DNA of 64,000 nt, from the NCBI GenBank assembly GCA_964016885.1, contig OZ024741.1:92690001-92754000 (forward strand). Reading direction: 5' to 3'. A program made the position numbers and the translations under genes. Under the pieces are notes generated by a model. It was not told the DNA's origin and searched no databases. It saw only the letters and a list, made by a program, of their open reading frames with translations. Below, one piece after another: positions 1-12,876 of the stretch. This DNA comes from Eledone cirrhosa (lineage: Eukaryota). Positions within the stretch are counted from its first letter, which is position 1, and the number at the start of each line of letters is the position of its first letter.

Positions 1-950
1 CTCACTATAAACCCATTAGTCATTCAAAGAAAACAATATCATAATAGTTGATATAAGAATTTTCTTATCATTATTCCTTCTCACAACAGAATACAAAATA
101 TTATTAATGTATTTCAATTGCTATTTGAAATGTTCAAATATTTTTTCAGGCTTATTAGTTCCCATGAGAGGCCAACCTGCTGGAGAAAAGAGTATATTAC
201 CTACCAGTCATAACTCCTGGCAGAAGCATCACCACTTTTCTACAGACAGGAGATGAGATTTTAATTCACAACTCACAGAGTAAGAACAGATACCACAAAA
301 CGTCTCGTCAAATACTTTAACAATTCTGCCAATCCACTACTCCTGGATTGGTACTTTATTTATTGTTCTCAAAAGAATGAAAGGCAAAGTTGACCACAAA
401 AGTATTTGAAGGCAGAATGCAGGAGGTATTTAACACTTTTGATACCAAAGTGCTTGAAACTGTATGATACACAATTGTATGCTTTAAAATGTTTATATCT
501 ATCTAAAAAGCTTTCATAATAATTTTATGTAAGAAACTTTATTAAATTATTCCAAAATCATAAGCATTTACTTTCATTAGAAATATGGTTATGAAAATCT
601 TACTCCAACACTAACAACTCTAACAATTTGTCACCTAGAATATAAGAATACAATATTATAATAGACTATCTAAGAATAGAATATTTCATCAACCAGTAAG
701 TCTTCATTATTTACTGATTTCATGTATATTTCAATGTTGTTAAATATATCACATAGAATATATAAAAGACATACATCTCCAAAAATGTAATTGGAATGCT
801 TTGATCATAGGTTGGCTCATTGAGAGCTAACTTCAGGCTATAAACAACAACAATATCAAAGTGCTATATTTATCACAGAACATTCTCGAGTCAGCACTGG
901 CAGAATCAATGTCAGGAGTTTTGTGGTTATATTTCTAATAAGTAGACTAC

Positions 951-1157
951 CTGTACATTTGTTTCAATTCATTTATAATATAATCAAGATTTTGAAGGGA
1001 TTTAGTAAAATATCTGTAACTTTGAAAGCCCTTTCCTTCATGTCTAACCATGGGATTGCATCTAGAAAGTTTCTCTTTAAGAGGCAAACCTGGGCAAGGT
1101 ATTTTTGTGGATGACCAGCAGTTGCACATAGCATGCAAGTTTCTTCTTTCCACACCA
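951..1157 (-). CDS. Candidate internal coding exon (207 nt, phase 2-2), product unknown
   Basis: Minus strand acattag|TGGTGTG...ATGTACAG|gtagt; open frame GVERRNLHAMCNCWSSTKIPCPG...NELKQMYR; length divisible by 3; no repeat similarity recognised. Confidence 0.35.
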
Positions 1158-1689
1158 CTAATGTTGTTCAAAGGAAATGCAAGGTTTGATACAGCATGGC
1201 ACCAGTGAAATCACAGAAAAACTGAGAATGCAAAGGGCCAAAAATTTAGGCAAGGCACCATATCCAACCTAGACTGGTACTTTATTTAGTTTCCATCAAA
1301 AGATGAAAGGCAAAGTTGACCTCAGAGCTATCACAGGGTTAGAACAAATACAGCAAAGACTTTTGATCAGACACTTTTAACAACTCAGTCAATTCCCCTG
1401 TAACTTTATACATTAGTATATTATGGTGTTAACCAACTAAAATATCATATCATTCATATTATGGGATTTAGATTTTAATTTAAATATAAGTATTTTAGTA
1501 TGAGGCAAGTTACTTGTACTTGCATTGACTTTCACTCAGGATGGTATGAGTCAGTTCCAACCAACAAATACACAGCATAGTGAACAGAGGCTGTCCATGC
1601 ACAGTAATCAGATATCTAAGAAGGATAGTGTCAGCCAGGCATAATTCAAACAATAGACGTCATATATGTGAGAAACAGATATTGAAATC

Positions 1690-2000
1690 CAACTTAATTT
1701 TTTGTACCAATGCACATTTTCAGCTGTCTGCCTTGATATTTATGCCATCACGGATGAGTTTGGCTTGTGGGTGGCGGAGTGCAAGACCAAACCAGCAGAA
1801 GAACCTTTTGAGTATGAGTTGTTGGAATGAACTGACAAATTTCAGAGTTTGGCACAAAATCTAATGTGTGAACAAGGAGGATTCATGTTAAGGCAAAATT
1901 GGACAAACACTTCCAGCTTGTGTAAGTCCATCGTTCTCATTGTCCACATCCAACAGCCATATATAGAAGGATGGTGTGAACCAGCACTCAGTAAATATAA
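1690..2000 (-). mobile_element. RTE-clade LINE 3' fragment, highly decayed
   Basis: Minus translations IYGCWMWTMRTMDLHKLEVF and LILKRFFCWFGLALR resemble RTE post-RT motifs (LLYGxETW..., RRLRWFGH). Confidence 0.55.
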
Positions 2001-2911
2001 ATTGGTATTAATAAGGTTAAACTATTGGCTGAAGTGACTGATTGTGCAGAACTTAAACAAATATCATCACCACCTGTGATGTTGAATGAGAAGAGACACA
2101 AACAAACATGGCAGCAGCAAGAGTTCTAAGGCCATTTCCCTGCAGCATAAACTAGGGTTAGCTTTGTGATCCCCATTTCAGGTTTAATTATACTCAAGAT
2201 GGGGCTCAGTTTTGAGGCAATATTTTACAGCCAGATGTTCTCCCTGGTGCCAATTCTAAACTAGATACACACAGTACAGTGGTGAACAAAACTGCTCTCT
2301 GCCTACAACACAATCCTATAACCAATGGCAGCCCTCTTCTGTTGCAAACCTATTATGACCAGTGGTAGCAACATAGCCAGATGGCTAAGAAGGTTCAATC
2401 CTACTTCATGGCTTTTTAGGCAAGTGTCTTTACCATAGTTTTGGGTCAACCCAAGCCTTGTAAGTGAAACTGGGCTGATGGAAACTGTTGGAAGCCAGTC
2501 AGTCAGATGGATGTAAATGTAATTCAAAAGGCCAGCCTTTTCACATTGTGTCATGCTGATTCTGCCTAAAAATTACATTAAGAGCAAACATGTCTATGCA
2601 ATGCTCAGCCACTTACATATAAATTTTACAATGAGGTTGTAGGTGAAATTGGGTAGACAGAAATTCACTGGAATCCCACCAAATAAACTTTACCTGTAAT
2701 TCAAAATGTTAGCCTTGTCACATATTGTCATGCTGATTCTGCCTGAGAATTATACTAATGGTATGCAGAACTGTCTGTGAAATGCTCCGCCACTTACATA
2801 TTAATTCCATAAACAGGCTGTTCCATTGATTAAACAAGTGTAGCACTCATCATCTAAATCAACAGACATCCATTCCATTATGCCCATCTCCATCTCTCGT
2901 TCACATGTTAC

Positions 2912-2998
2912 CCAACAATGGTTTAGTGCCATGGAAACAAAATTCTCCATACACCAGTATAGTACTTTGATGAAATGAAACATTAATCAGATTATCTG
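2912..2998 (-). other. Duplicated segment / candidate 87-nt exon, copy A
   Basis: ttttgtag|cag...TTGG|gtaac; only open frame DNLINVSFHQSTILVYGEFCFHGTKPLL; paralogous to 4318-4404. Confidence 0.35.
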
Positions 2999-3245
2999 CT
3001 ACAAAACACAATAGGTTTAATAAAAAAATTTTTTTATCATAAACAAACTAATATATGTCAAACAATGAATGATCATAGCTGGAATGTCTTTGACCATAAG
3101 TCTGCAGGATCAGGGCTGACATGACAGCTAAACAACAACCTCAATGATAATAGAAAATGCCCACAAACATGGAGACGAGTTGTTAGGGTGTTGAGCTTGA
3201 AATGGACCTCCATCGGTTTCAACGATGAGTGTTCCAATTGTTTTA

Positions 3246-3460
3246 TTAACCCTTCTGCATTTACATTACTCTATATTTACTATTGTATTTTCATGGTAAG
3301 GGCTTTACCTCACATAATATCGAATCTATAAGATTTTGATATTATTTGTTTTGAGAACAATACCTTAACATCAGTATAAGTGGCCAGTTACAGCTGGTTT
3401 GAACAGAAAGATGTGAGAGAATTCTGGCTACACACTGCCGGTTTAAATGCTAATGGGTCA
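3246..3460. mobile_element. piggyBac-like MITE, decayed
   Basis: Ends ttaa|cccttctgcattt ... aaatgctaatggg|tcaa (imperfect TIR, TTAA-like flanks). Confidence 0.45.
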
Positions 3461-4317
3461 ATGGAACAGCATGCACATGAAATTAACATGTAAGTAACTG
3501 AGCATTCCACTGACATGTGTACTCTTAACATAATTCTCAGGGAGATTCAGGATGACCGAATTACAAGCACAGTCTACCTGACAGGCTTCCAAACAGGTTC
3601 TGTCAACCCAGTTTCAATTACAAGCAATGGGGAGACCGGAGGACACAGTAAATAACATTCGTATAATGATTGCGAAACAAATCTTTGACCATGTTTGCAT
3701 TCACGTGTGTTGGGCTTATAATCATGGTTTCAACTCCTGGGCCAGGTAGTGTGTTCTGTTCTTGAGCAAGACACTTCATTTCACATTGCTCCAGTAGACT
3801 CAGCTGGAATAAATGAGTACAAGCAGCAGCTAAGGAGGGGCCCATCTTGGGGGTCTTGTACTCACTGTCGCTTATTGAAACCAAGATAAATTCCAGCTTG
3901 ATGAGTCTCTTTTTTTATATATTTGATGGATCTGGAGGAAGAGGCTGTGCTCATGACCTTTGCAGGCCCTCCCAGACTTATGAGATTGGTGTTGCTGATG
4001 TTTCAGCTTAAATTGCTGCAAGTCAGCTCCTGCAGAAAAGACATGTGCAGGGAGAGAATTCAAGTGGGAGACAACATTCAGTGGAAGTAAAGACTGGGTC
4101 TAGTGGTTAGTACAGGAATGGGCAAAAATAGTGTGGTGTTGGACACAATATGGGTGATGAGAAAAGGACAGACAAGTTAAGTAGGAGTGGCAGAGAAGAG
4201 GTAGCACGAGGTCAGCCAAATCTAGATTTGAGACTCTAACACAGCACAATACCATAGGCAGTGACAACTGTCTTATCCTGAGAGATTGACCATTTGTATC
4301 TCTCACTCATATGTTAC

Positions 4318-4404
4318 CCAACAACAGTTTAGCACCATGGAAACAAAAATCTCCATACACAAGCATAGTTCTTTGAAGAAAAGAAGCATTAATCAGATTA
4401 ACTA
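4318..4404 (-). other. Duplicated segment / candidate 87-nt exon, copy B
   Basis: ttttgtag|tag...TTGG|gtaac; only open frame VNLINASFLQRTMLVYGDFCFHGAKLLL. Confidence 0.35.
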
Positions 4405-6025
4405 CTACAAAACAGTAGATTTAGTAACATTTTTTTTTTATTATGGTGGTGGTCGTGGCAGTGATGGAGATTGTAGTAGTGTTGGTGGTGGCTATGATGG
4501 AGATTGTAGTAGTGTTGGTGGTGGCTATGATTGGTGGTGATAGTGATATTAGTAGTGAAGTGGTGATGACAACAGTCATAATAGTGGTAATGGTGGTGAC
4601 AGTAGTAGTAGTAGTAGCAGTCTATAAATATACATTTAATCTCCTCCATTGCGATGTTTTCAATACATTCCTTTTCAATGCTACCCCAAAGCTGGGTCCA
4701 GTGCCACACACACATACATGCAAATACCACTGCCACACACACACAAGATACCACTGCTACACACACACATCCAATCATGAAGAAGCACTGGTATTAAATT
4801 ATGATGAATCCTCTCTCAGTTTGGATACTAAACATCCAGTTGTCCATTCATCTGAACATCCAACTCATCAATTATCATGTAAGTGGGTGAGTATTCCACA
4901 TTCACATATTTCTTTAGTCTAGTTCCAAAGTCAAATGAATGAGACACAATATATGACAAGGCTGGACCTTTGATTTACAGGTACAGTCCATCTATTTTAG
5001 TGTAAGTGGTTGAGTATTCCATAGACATATGTAACCTTAATATAATTTCCAAACCAAATCAATGTGACATAATATGTGACAAGGCTGGACCTTTCAATTT
5101 CAATAACAATCCATCCAATGAGCTTCTATACAGTTTCTGTCTACTGAGTTTCACTCACAAGGCTTGAGTGAACTTGAAGTTGAAGTAAACATGCCATGCA
5201 ATGGAATTGAACCCCAGATTTCATGACTGACATGCTTCCTTAGTGTAATTCTCAAGCTAAAACAACATGTCACAATATGTGACACGGTTAGGTGGGTCTT
5301 TGAATTACAGGTACAATTCAACCAACAGGCTTTCATACAGTTTTCCTCTACCCAATTTCACTCACAAGATTTGAGTCAACCAGAGGTTTGAGTCAATCAT
5401 AGGTTGAGGTAAAGACACTTGCCTATGATGTCATTCAGTGAAACTGAATCCAGTACCACATGATTGTGAAGTGAATTTCTTAACCACTCAGCCATGTCTG
5501 CATTCACAGCATTTCTCTATAAATATACATTCATTCTCTGTTCCAGTAGCTTACCAATGCTACCAAACAAGTAACTGTGGTGTTGTTTATTTCTTTCTAA
5601 CTCAGTGTTTATGATCACAGGTATGATTGAATGATAAAGAAGTTTGATTCACAATCATGAAGTAGTGGATCTGATCTTACTGCATAGCATTTCGAGCAAG
5701 TGGCTTTTGCCATAGACTCAAGTTGAGACACAAACTTTGTGTAGGAAATTGGATCAACAGATATTTATCCCTCCAGTTCTCCTCCAACTCACTTTTGCTT
5801 TATGAAAAAAAAAATCTAAATTTTATTATGTATTTGAAATTTCAAAACCAAAATCCTCATTAAAAGTAAATTATAAAAATTTATAACCAACCTTTATTTC
5901 TCTCTGGGATAATAATAAAAAAGTACCAGTTATGCATTGGGTTGATTTAATAGATATTAACCCCCTCTCCTATATTACATACATGGAGGAAAAGAACCAA
6001 TCATCAGATCAAAGCAAGAAAACTA

Positions 6026-6168
6026 TCGTATTTCCTGGCGCCGAAGATACTTCATCCTCAAGGACGCACCCTAATTTTGACAACCAAAAATTTGAAAAAA
6101 AATAATAAACAACCTTTTTTAGACTTATTTTAGGAAAAAAGTAGCGTCTTCGATGCTGGGAAATATCG
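6026..6168. mobile_element. Tc1/mariner-pogo-type MITE
   Basis: TA|tcgtatttcctggcgccgaagatac ... gcgtcttcgatgctgggaaatatcg|TA imperfect TIRs with TA flanks. Confidence 0.55.
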
Positions 6169-6441
6169 TATATTTCCATTCAGCTTTTCATTTCTGATAC
6201 TATCTGTTAATTGCAATTCCTATGAAAAGACGTGGAATTTGAACTAAGAATCCTCAGACCGTCCCATCTGACTCATTTAACAATCCCACCAATCCCCTCT
6301 GGAGTGGTACTTTATTTATCAACCCCGTAAAGATGAAAAGCAAAGTTTACTTTGATGTAATTTGAATTCAGACTACAAAGAGCGGAAACAAATACACACA
6401 CACACACACACACACATACATACATACACACATACATACGT

Positions 6442-6472
<31 letters not shown>

Positions 6473-6639
6473 GTTCAAGAATAGACAAGACAAACACAGA
6501 GATGCAAAAAGAGTCTTATTAGTTTCACGCAAGGAAAGAAGTAAATGAGGGTTATATATATAACAAACATTGTGTATATGAAGCTGATCTCTCAGACTTT
6601 TATGAAGCACTGAGAGAATAAAGTTAATATAAAGAATAA

Positions 6640-6797
6640 AGTGCTCATGCACAGAGGTGCTACAGGATAGGATGAAGACCCTTGAATATGGAAAAAGAAG
6701 TTGCTATCAGCATCATAGCAGCAACTTCTTTTTCTGTTTTTAAGGGACTTCACCCTATTTTATAAACTATCATATTGCATCTCAGTGCATGAGCACT
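6640..6797. repeat. Long imperfect hairpin
   Basis: agtgctcatgcac...gaaaaagaagttgct / agcaacttctttttc...gtgcatgagcact, in a module between (TA)n tracts. Confidence 0.75.
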
Positions 6798-6821
6798 CCA
6801 TTGTAAGTGTATATATATATA

Positions 6822-6852
<31 letters not shown>

Positions 6853-6938
6853 GTAGGAGGTGAGTTTTATTGTAGTACAATAAAGCAATGCAGATATCGG
6901 ATAAGAAGCACTCTACAGTTTGTGGGACTGGAGTATGC

Positions 6939-7227
6939 ATAATATAAGATCAAAAGATGGTTAAAGGAGTTCAATATATTTTATTATGCGCATTTCAAAA
7001 ACAAACATCATCAAATATTTTTCCCAATATCACACATCAATCTAAAACCACTTTTCATATGTTGATTTAAAACTGCACTATCAACAAGTGTTTTTTTAGC
7101 CTTCATATCATGTTCTCCTGTTTTATCTGATGAAAACACAAATATTATTGTTTGATGATGTTTGTTTTTGAAATGCGCATAATAAAATATATTGAACTCC
7201 TTTAACCATCTTTTGATCTTATATTAT
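6939..7227. repeat. 77-bp perfect inverted repeat (6939-7015 / 7151-7227), Penelope pLTR-like module
   Basis: Arms are exact reverse complements; right arm overlaps the 3' half of the HHR at 7120-7188. Confidence 0.85.
7120..7188 (+). ncRNA. Type I hammerhead ribozyme with palindromic helix III
   Basis: gttttat-CTGATGA-long AU-rich helix II-GAAA-tgcgcat-A|ataaaat; helix I gttttat/ataaaat; helix III ATGCGCAT palindrome; AUA site after 7181. Confidence 0.8.
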
Positions 7228-7302
7228 ATATATATATATATATATACACACACATATATAAATATATATATATATTTATATACACACACATATATAAACA
7301 TA

Positions 7303-8009
7303 CTAGCATTAAAGCCCGGCGTTGCTCAGGGTCATTAAGTTACCAAAGTTAGGTTGCACCACCCATTTTATGGCAGCACTTTTTTGTCTGCCAGGCACTG
7401 GGTGAATGAATTGCAGACCTGGAAGCAGGAGCTGCGCCAGCAGTGACAATTGTAGTTTCGCCTATGGATATTATCTCTGTGAAAAAAAGTGTTGAAATTT
7501 ATTGTTTCACAGTACTTGCGCAACACGCGCGTAGACGATGCCAGCCGAACAACAGAGCTGCGATGGAGTTGTTCTGCATGGTTGTCTGTGTGTTTTCTAA
7601 ATTTAAGACAGTAGGGAGGGTTGTGATATGAGGGAGAGTTAGCTGTTGTTTCTAGCAGGTTTAGTGACCTCATAGACGATATGTGTTTTCTAAATTTAAG
7701 ACAGTAGGAAGTGGTGTGAACGGACAGTATCACCATCAAGCTTGGAAAGAGAAAGTAGCAGAAAGTATGAAGTTGTATAGATTTTGAATGGTAGTAGAAA
7801 GAGTTCAGCAGTTTAAATGAGAGAGAAAAATCGTAAAATATTGAGTTTTATCTATTTTTTGCGTAATTGTGGGTGAAATTGAAAAAATTATCTGCGTCAA
7901 GACGCAATCGAAGCTATTTCGAGTACTGAATTGTAAATTTCAATTGAAGAAATTCTATATCGTAGATTTCTATATCGAAGGAGCATGACCACACACTGAG
8001 CTTTATAGA
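7303..8009 (-). mobile_element. Non-autonomous Helitron-type element
   Basis: Minus strand starts A|TCTATAAAG, ends ...ccctgagcaacgccgggc...tgCTAG|T (subterminal hairpin + CTAG). Confidence 0.65.
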
Positions 8010-8038
8010 TTATGATATATATACATTTATATACATAT

Positions 8039-8379
8039 GGAGGCACGTGGCTTAGAGGTTAGAACATTGGCTTTGTAATCGAAAGGTTGTGAGTTCAATT
8101 CTCAGACTGGGTGATGTGTTGTTTCCTTGAACAAGACACTTTATTTCACATTGCTTCAGTTTACTCAGCTGTAGAAATGAGATGATAGGGACTGGGGTCC
8201 ATATCATTCCACTGCAAAGTGGCCGTGTAGGTGCCACGGCAAAAAAGCACCCAGCACTCACTGTAAATGAGGTTGGGGTTAGGAAGGGCATCCAGCTGTA
8301 GAAATCAAGCCAGAATCAGTTCCCATCCCACCCTTGCAAGCAGGGATAAGCGGACGTAAAATGATGATGATGATGATGA

Positions 8380-8380
<1 letters not shown>
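8039..8380 (+). mobile_element. tRNA-derived SINE (second family) with (GAT)n tail
   Basis: A box gtggcttagagg, B box gagttcaattc, RTE-like 3' end then (gat)n; related minus copy ~23990-24100. Confidence 0.7.
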
Positions 8381-8440
<60 letters not shown>

Positions 8441-8729
8441 ATTATTTATATATACATAATTATATATATATATATATACATCACCTATAGATCAGGGGAG
8501 CACACCAGCTAGATAGATTTTATCCTTACCAGAAGATGAGACAGAGTGACTGTTGTAAACACAAAGTCCTTTTCTGGTGAAGAATGCACCTTCCAACATA
8601 ACCTAATAGTCAGGGCTAGATGATCTCAATGACAGATGACAACCTTAAAGAGAAGAATGTCGAAGTTGAAGGACCCCACAGCCAGTAACAAATTTAGAGG
8701 CAGCATGTTACTTGATGCTTTTGACAGTA

Positions 8730-11060
8730 GGTTAGAGCAAATGTAGACATACAAGAGATGTGTGTCATCTAAACTATAATAAAGTAAGGAGTGCGGGACT
8801 GTGTCCAGAATATATTTTTTTATCCCATTTGTAATATAAGTTGGATTACTTTAAATAAATAATGAATGAATATTACATAATTTTTCTACTAAATTTCGTT
8901 ATTCTTGATTAAATATAAATAATTTTGTCGCTTATTTGAAGATTCACTTCTTTAAAATTTTCAAATGTCAACACTTCCGGTTAGCGATCGCTTAAATAAA
9001 TATTCATATATTTCCATCACTAATTTTCTCCTAATGCAGTTTATATATAATATCGTCTTTTTTTAATGTATCATGGATTACTTTACTAATTACATAAGAC
9101 AGTGTAACACAGTTTTCTTTCAATTTCTGTGTATATTGTCAATTACGATTTTATTTGATGTATCATATCTACATGCATATATACTTGCGTATAATATCAA
9201 TATACACACTACACATGCTAGCAGATATATAATATCGTCTTTTTTTAATGTATCATGGATTACGTTACTGATTACATAAGACAGTGTAACGCAGTCTTCG
9301 TTCAATTTCTGTGTATATTGTCAATTACGATTTTATTTGATGTATCAAATCTACTTGCGTATAATATCAATATGCACACCACACATGCTAGCAGAAAACC
9401 ACCCGAAAAGTGGTTTTTCTGCTAGTGATGATAATGGAGCACTTGCCTCACTGATGCTGAAAAGAAGGTAGCATGAAAGTGCCAATATGAAAGACTACTA
9501 AATGAGGAGAATGAATGGGATGAAGATAGTTTTCCCCAGGTTGACCCAACAGAGGGACCAGCTGTGCAAGTTAGTAGTAGTATAGTAAATAAGGCCATCA
9601 AAGATATGCAGATGGGCAAGGCAGCTTAACCTTTGGGGATAGTTGATAAGATGCTGAAAGCATCTGGGATGGTGGGACACACCATAGTCACCCATATAGT
9701 AAACCAAGTAATACAAAATGGGGTCATACCCAATGACTGGCATAGCAGCATCATCGTCAACTGCTACAAGGGCAAAGGAGACGCTCCAGAAAGAGAAAAC
9801 TATAAAGGTATTAAGTTTGTTGATCAGGTCATGAAGGTCACAGAAAGAGTTATCGCACAGCTGATTATGGACCAAATTAACCTTGTAGTTTGGATTTGTG
9901 CCAGGTAAAAGTACCATGAATGCTCCCTTCCTCGTGAGGCAACTGCAAGAGAAGTGCCTAGCTAAAAGTAAACTCCCCGACTTAGCTTTTGTTGACTTGA
10001 AAAAGTCTTTGACAGAGTTCCCCATTCCATTATCTGGTTGGCTCTTAGAAAACTAGGAGTAGATGAGTGGCTTGTGAAAGCTATACAAGCCATGTATAGA
10101 GGAACAGTCAGCAAGGTTAGAATTAACAATAACAATAGTGAAGAATTTAGTGTCCAGGCAAGTGTTCATCAGGGCTTCGTCCTTAGCTCTGACTGTTTAT
10201 TATTACTCTACAGGCTATAACAGAAGAGTTTAAGACTGGCTGCTCATGGGAACTTCTATGCAGATGATCTAACTCTCATTGCTGAATCTATGGTGAATTA
10301 GAGAAGAAAGGAAAATAGGACACAAATTCCCTGAGAAATGGCCTTGTTCAGTGTGCAGGAAAGGAATAGATAGAAAATCCTTTCTATGTCCCAAATGCAA
10401 GCTATGGATAAATAAAAGATGTAGTGGGATCACAGACAGGCTATCAAAGAACATAGGTTTTATATGCGACTGATGCTTATCTGCAATAAGTAGCAAGTGC
10501 CCACAGGATACTAGCTCCTTCAAATGCCCAAACAGTTCTATAGAAATAGTCGACCCTTTCTGTTACCTGGGTAATGAAATCAGCAGTGGAGGGGGGGGGG
10601 GGGGGGGGGGGTTCTGAAAGTACAGTAGCCAGAGTAAGAACAGAATGGAGAAAGTTCCAAGAGCTAATACGCCTGTTAGCTACAAAAGGTTTTTCCTTTA
10701 AAATGATTGTGCGATGCATGTATACAAACAGCAATGTTACATGGTGATAATGCCTGGGCACTGTGTGCAGAGGACCTGTGAAGATTGGAGAGAAATGAAA
10801 CATGCATGTTGATGTGGATGTGTAATACACAAATGGCAAAGTATAAATGAACTGAGAGATATGCTAGAGAGGAGATAGCATTGGTATAGTCATGTGATGC
10901 ATATGAAGGACGACAACTGTATAAAAAAGTGCAGGGCTATCAAAATTGATGGATGCTATGGAGTAGGAAGACCTGGAACAAGGTGATAAAAGCTGTCCAT
11001 GCACAATTGCACCCTCAAAGACAATGGCACAGGATCGAGATCTTTGGTGCTTTGCAGTAA
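8730..11060 (+). mobile_element. RTE-clade LINE, decayed RT region, interrupted by a Helitron
   Basis: IPNDWHSSIIVNCYKGKGDA, FVDLKKSFDRV, ALRKLGVDEWLV, HQG, YADDL motifs with stops and frameshifts. Confidence 0.85.
8768..9425 (+). mobile_element. Non-autonomous Helitron with internal 180-bp tandem duplication
   Basis: A|TCTAAACTATAATAAAG start, gcagaaaaccac...gtggtttttctgCTAG|T end, no TSD; flanking LINE sequence rejoins across it. Confidence 0.8.
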
Positions 11061-11464
11061 TACAGATAACACGACTTCCCATGCACACAGACTCAAACAT
11101 ACATCTAGTAGGAACCTTTTAACCACTATACCCCCTTTCTATACACCCACCTGTCCACACCACCCTTACACTGTAATGTTATGTTGGTATCACAAAAAAA
11201 AAAGCATCCAGCTCACACTGTAAGGTGGTCATGTAGGTTTCACGGCAAAAAGAACCCACCCACACTGTAAAGTGATCATGTAGTTGTCATAACAAAAAAG
11301 CACCCAACACACACTGTAAATGTGGTTGGCATTAGGTAGGGCATCCAGTCATAGAAACCTAGCCAGAAACAATTCTATATGAAATTGGGTCACCTGACCC
11401 AACTTGCCTCTAATGGGACAATCCGTCTAAACCATGTTAGCACGGACAATAGACGTTAAACGAT

Positions 11465-11503
11465 GATGATGATATACATATATATATATATATACACACA
11501 CAC

Positions 11504-11569
<66 letters not shown>

Positions 11570-12135
11570 TAATCATATATGCAAATATACATACATAATT
11601 ATATATATACATATATAATTATATATGCAAATATACATACATAATTATATATATACATATATAATTATATATGCAAATATACATACATAATTATATATAT
11701 ATATATATATATATACAAATATACATATATAATTATATATAATTATATATATATATATATATATATATACAAATATACATATATAATTATATATAATTAT
11801 ATATATATTTATATACAAATATACATATATAATTATATATATATTTATATACAAATATACATATATATATATATATATACAAATATACATATATAATTAT
11901 ATATATATTTATATACAAATATACATATATATATATATATATACAAACATACATATATAATTATATATATATATATACAAACATACATATATAATTATAT
12001 ATATATATATATATATATACATGATGATGATGATGATGATGATACAAACATACATATATATAATTATATATATATGCAAATATACATATATATATATAAT
12101 TATATATATATATACAAATACACATATATATATAT
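11465..12135. repeat. (TA)n / TA-rich minisatellite tract
   Basis: Direct inspection. Confidence 0.95.
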
Positions 12136-12183
12136 TTCGTTTCTGAACAAAGGAGAAGCACAAAACAAAGAGAAGAATCCCCA

Positions 12184-12226
12184 GTCACTGAAGAGGTCAC
12201 AGAATGTGTGACGAAAGAACGTTGAC
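12184..12226 (+). ncRNA. Hammerhead-like variant (degenerate)
   Basis: gtca-CTGAAGA-g-gtcaca gaatg tgtgac-GAAAGAAcgt-tgac; extra nt before helix II, U16.1 replaced by G. Confidence 0.5.
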
Positions 12227-12469
12227 ACTATATGAACAACCGTCTGGTTGTGGAACCAACCAACCAACCGGAAATTTATAAATTCTTAAATTTATAAATT
12301 TAATTTATAATAAATTGGAGTGAAAGCAACTGGGGCGTGTGTTTCTTATTGGCAACATGACCCTCCCAAAGTATAACAACATATATATATAATTATATAT
12401 ATATACAAATATACATATATAATTATATGTATATGAATATAATTATATATGTATATTTGTATATATATA

Positions 12470-12513
<44 letters not shown>

Positions 12514-12659
12514 TATATATATACACACACATACATGATGTCAGTATGAGGGATCCTTTTTGAGTAGTTGTATACTATAGGAATAACAAATAGGATCCTA
12601 CCAGATTAAACTGGAAATTCTGTTTCAATTCTTTATTGGAGCCAGTCTACAACACTTAC

Positions 12660-12876
12660 ATCAGTCAGAAAGGCATGAACATTACACAATCCCTTGTTAC
12701 TAAATAAAACCTACAACATTGTAACCTAAATATAAATGTGTTAATTCCCCTCTACCTACTGTGTTAATAAACTCTTGGGGGAAACACTAGATGAACAATC
12801 AGAATATACCTCTTGTAAAATCTCAGGTTTCATACTTCAGTAAAACAGTTGCTTTATATAAAAGGTGTATGTAGTA
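12660..12876 (-). other. Two candidate small exons (12810-12876, 12660-12710)
   Basis: tgtttctcttcag|...ATG AAA CCT GAG ATT TTA CAA GAG|gtatat and tgtag|GTT...GAT|gtaagt; join MKPEILQE-VLFSNKGLCNVHAFLTD. Confidence 0.25.
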
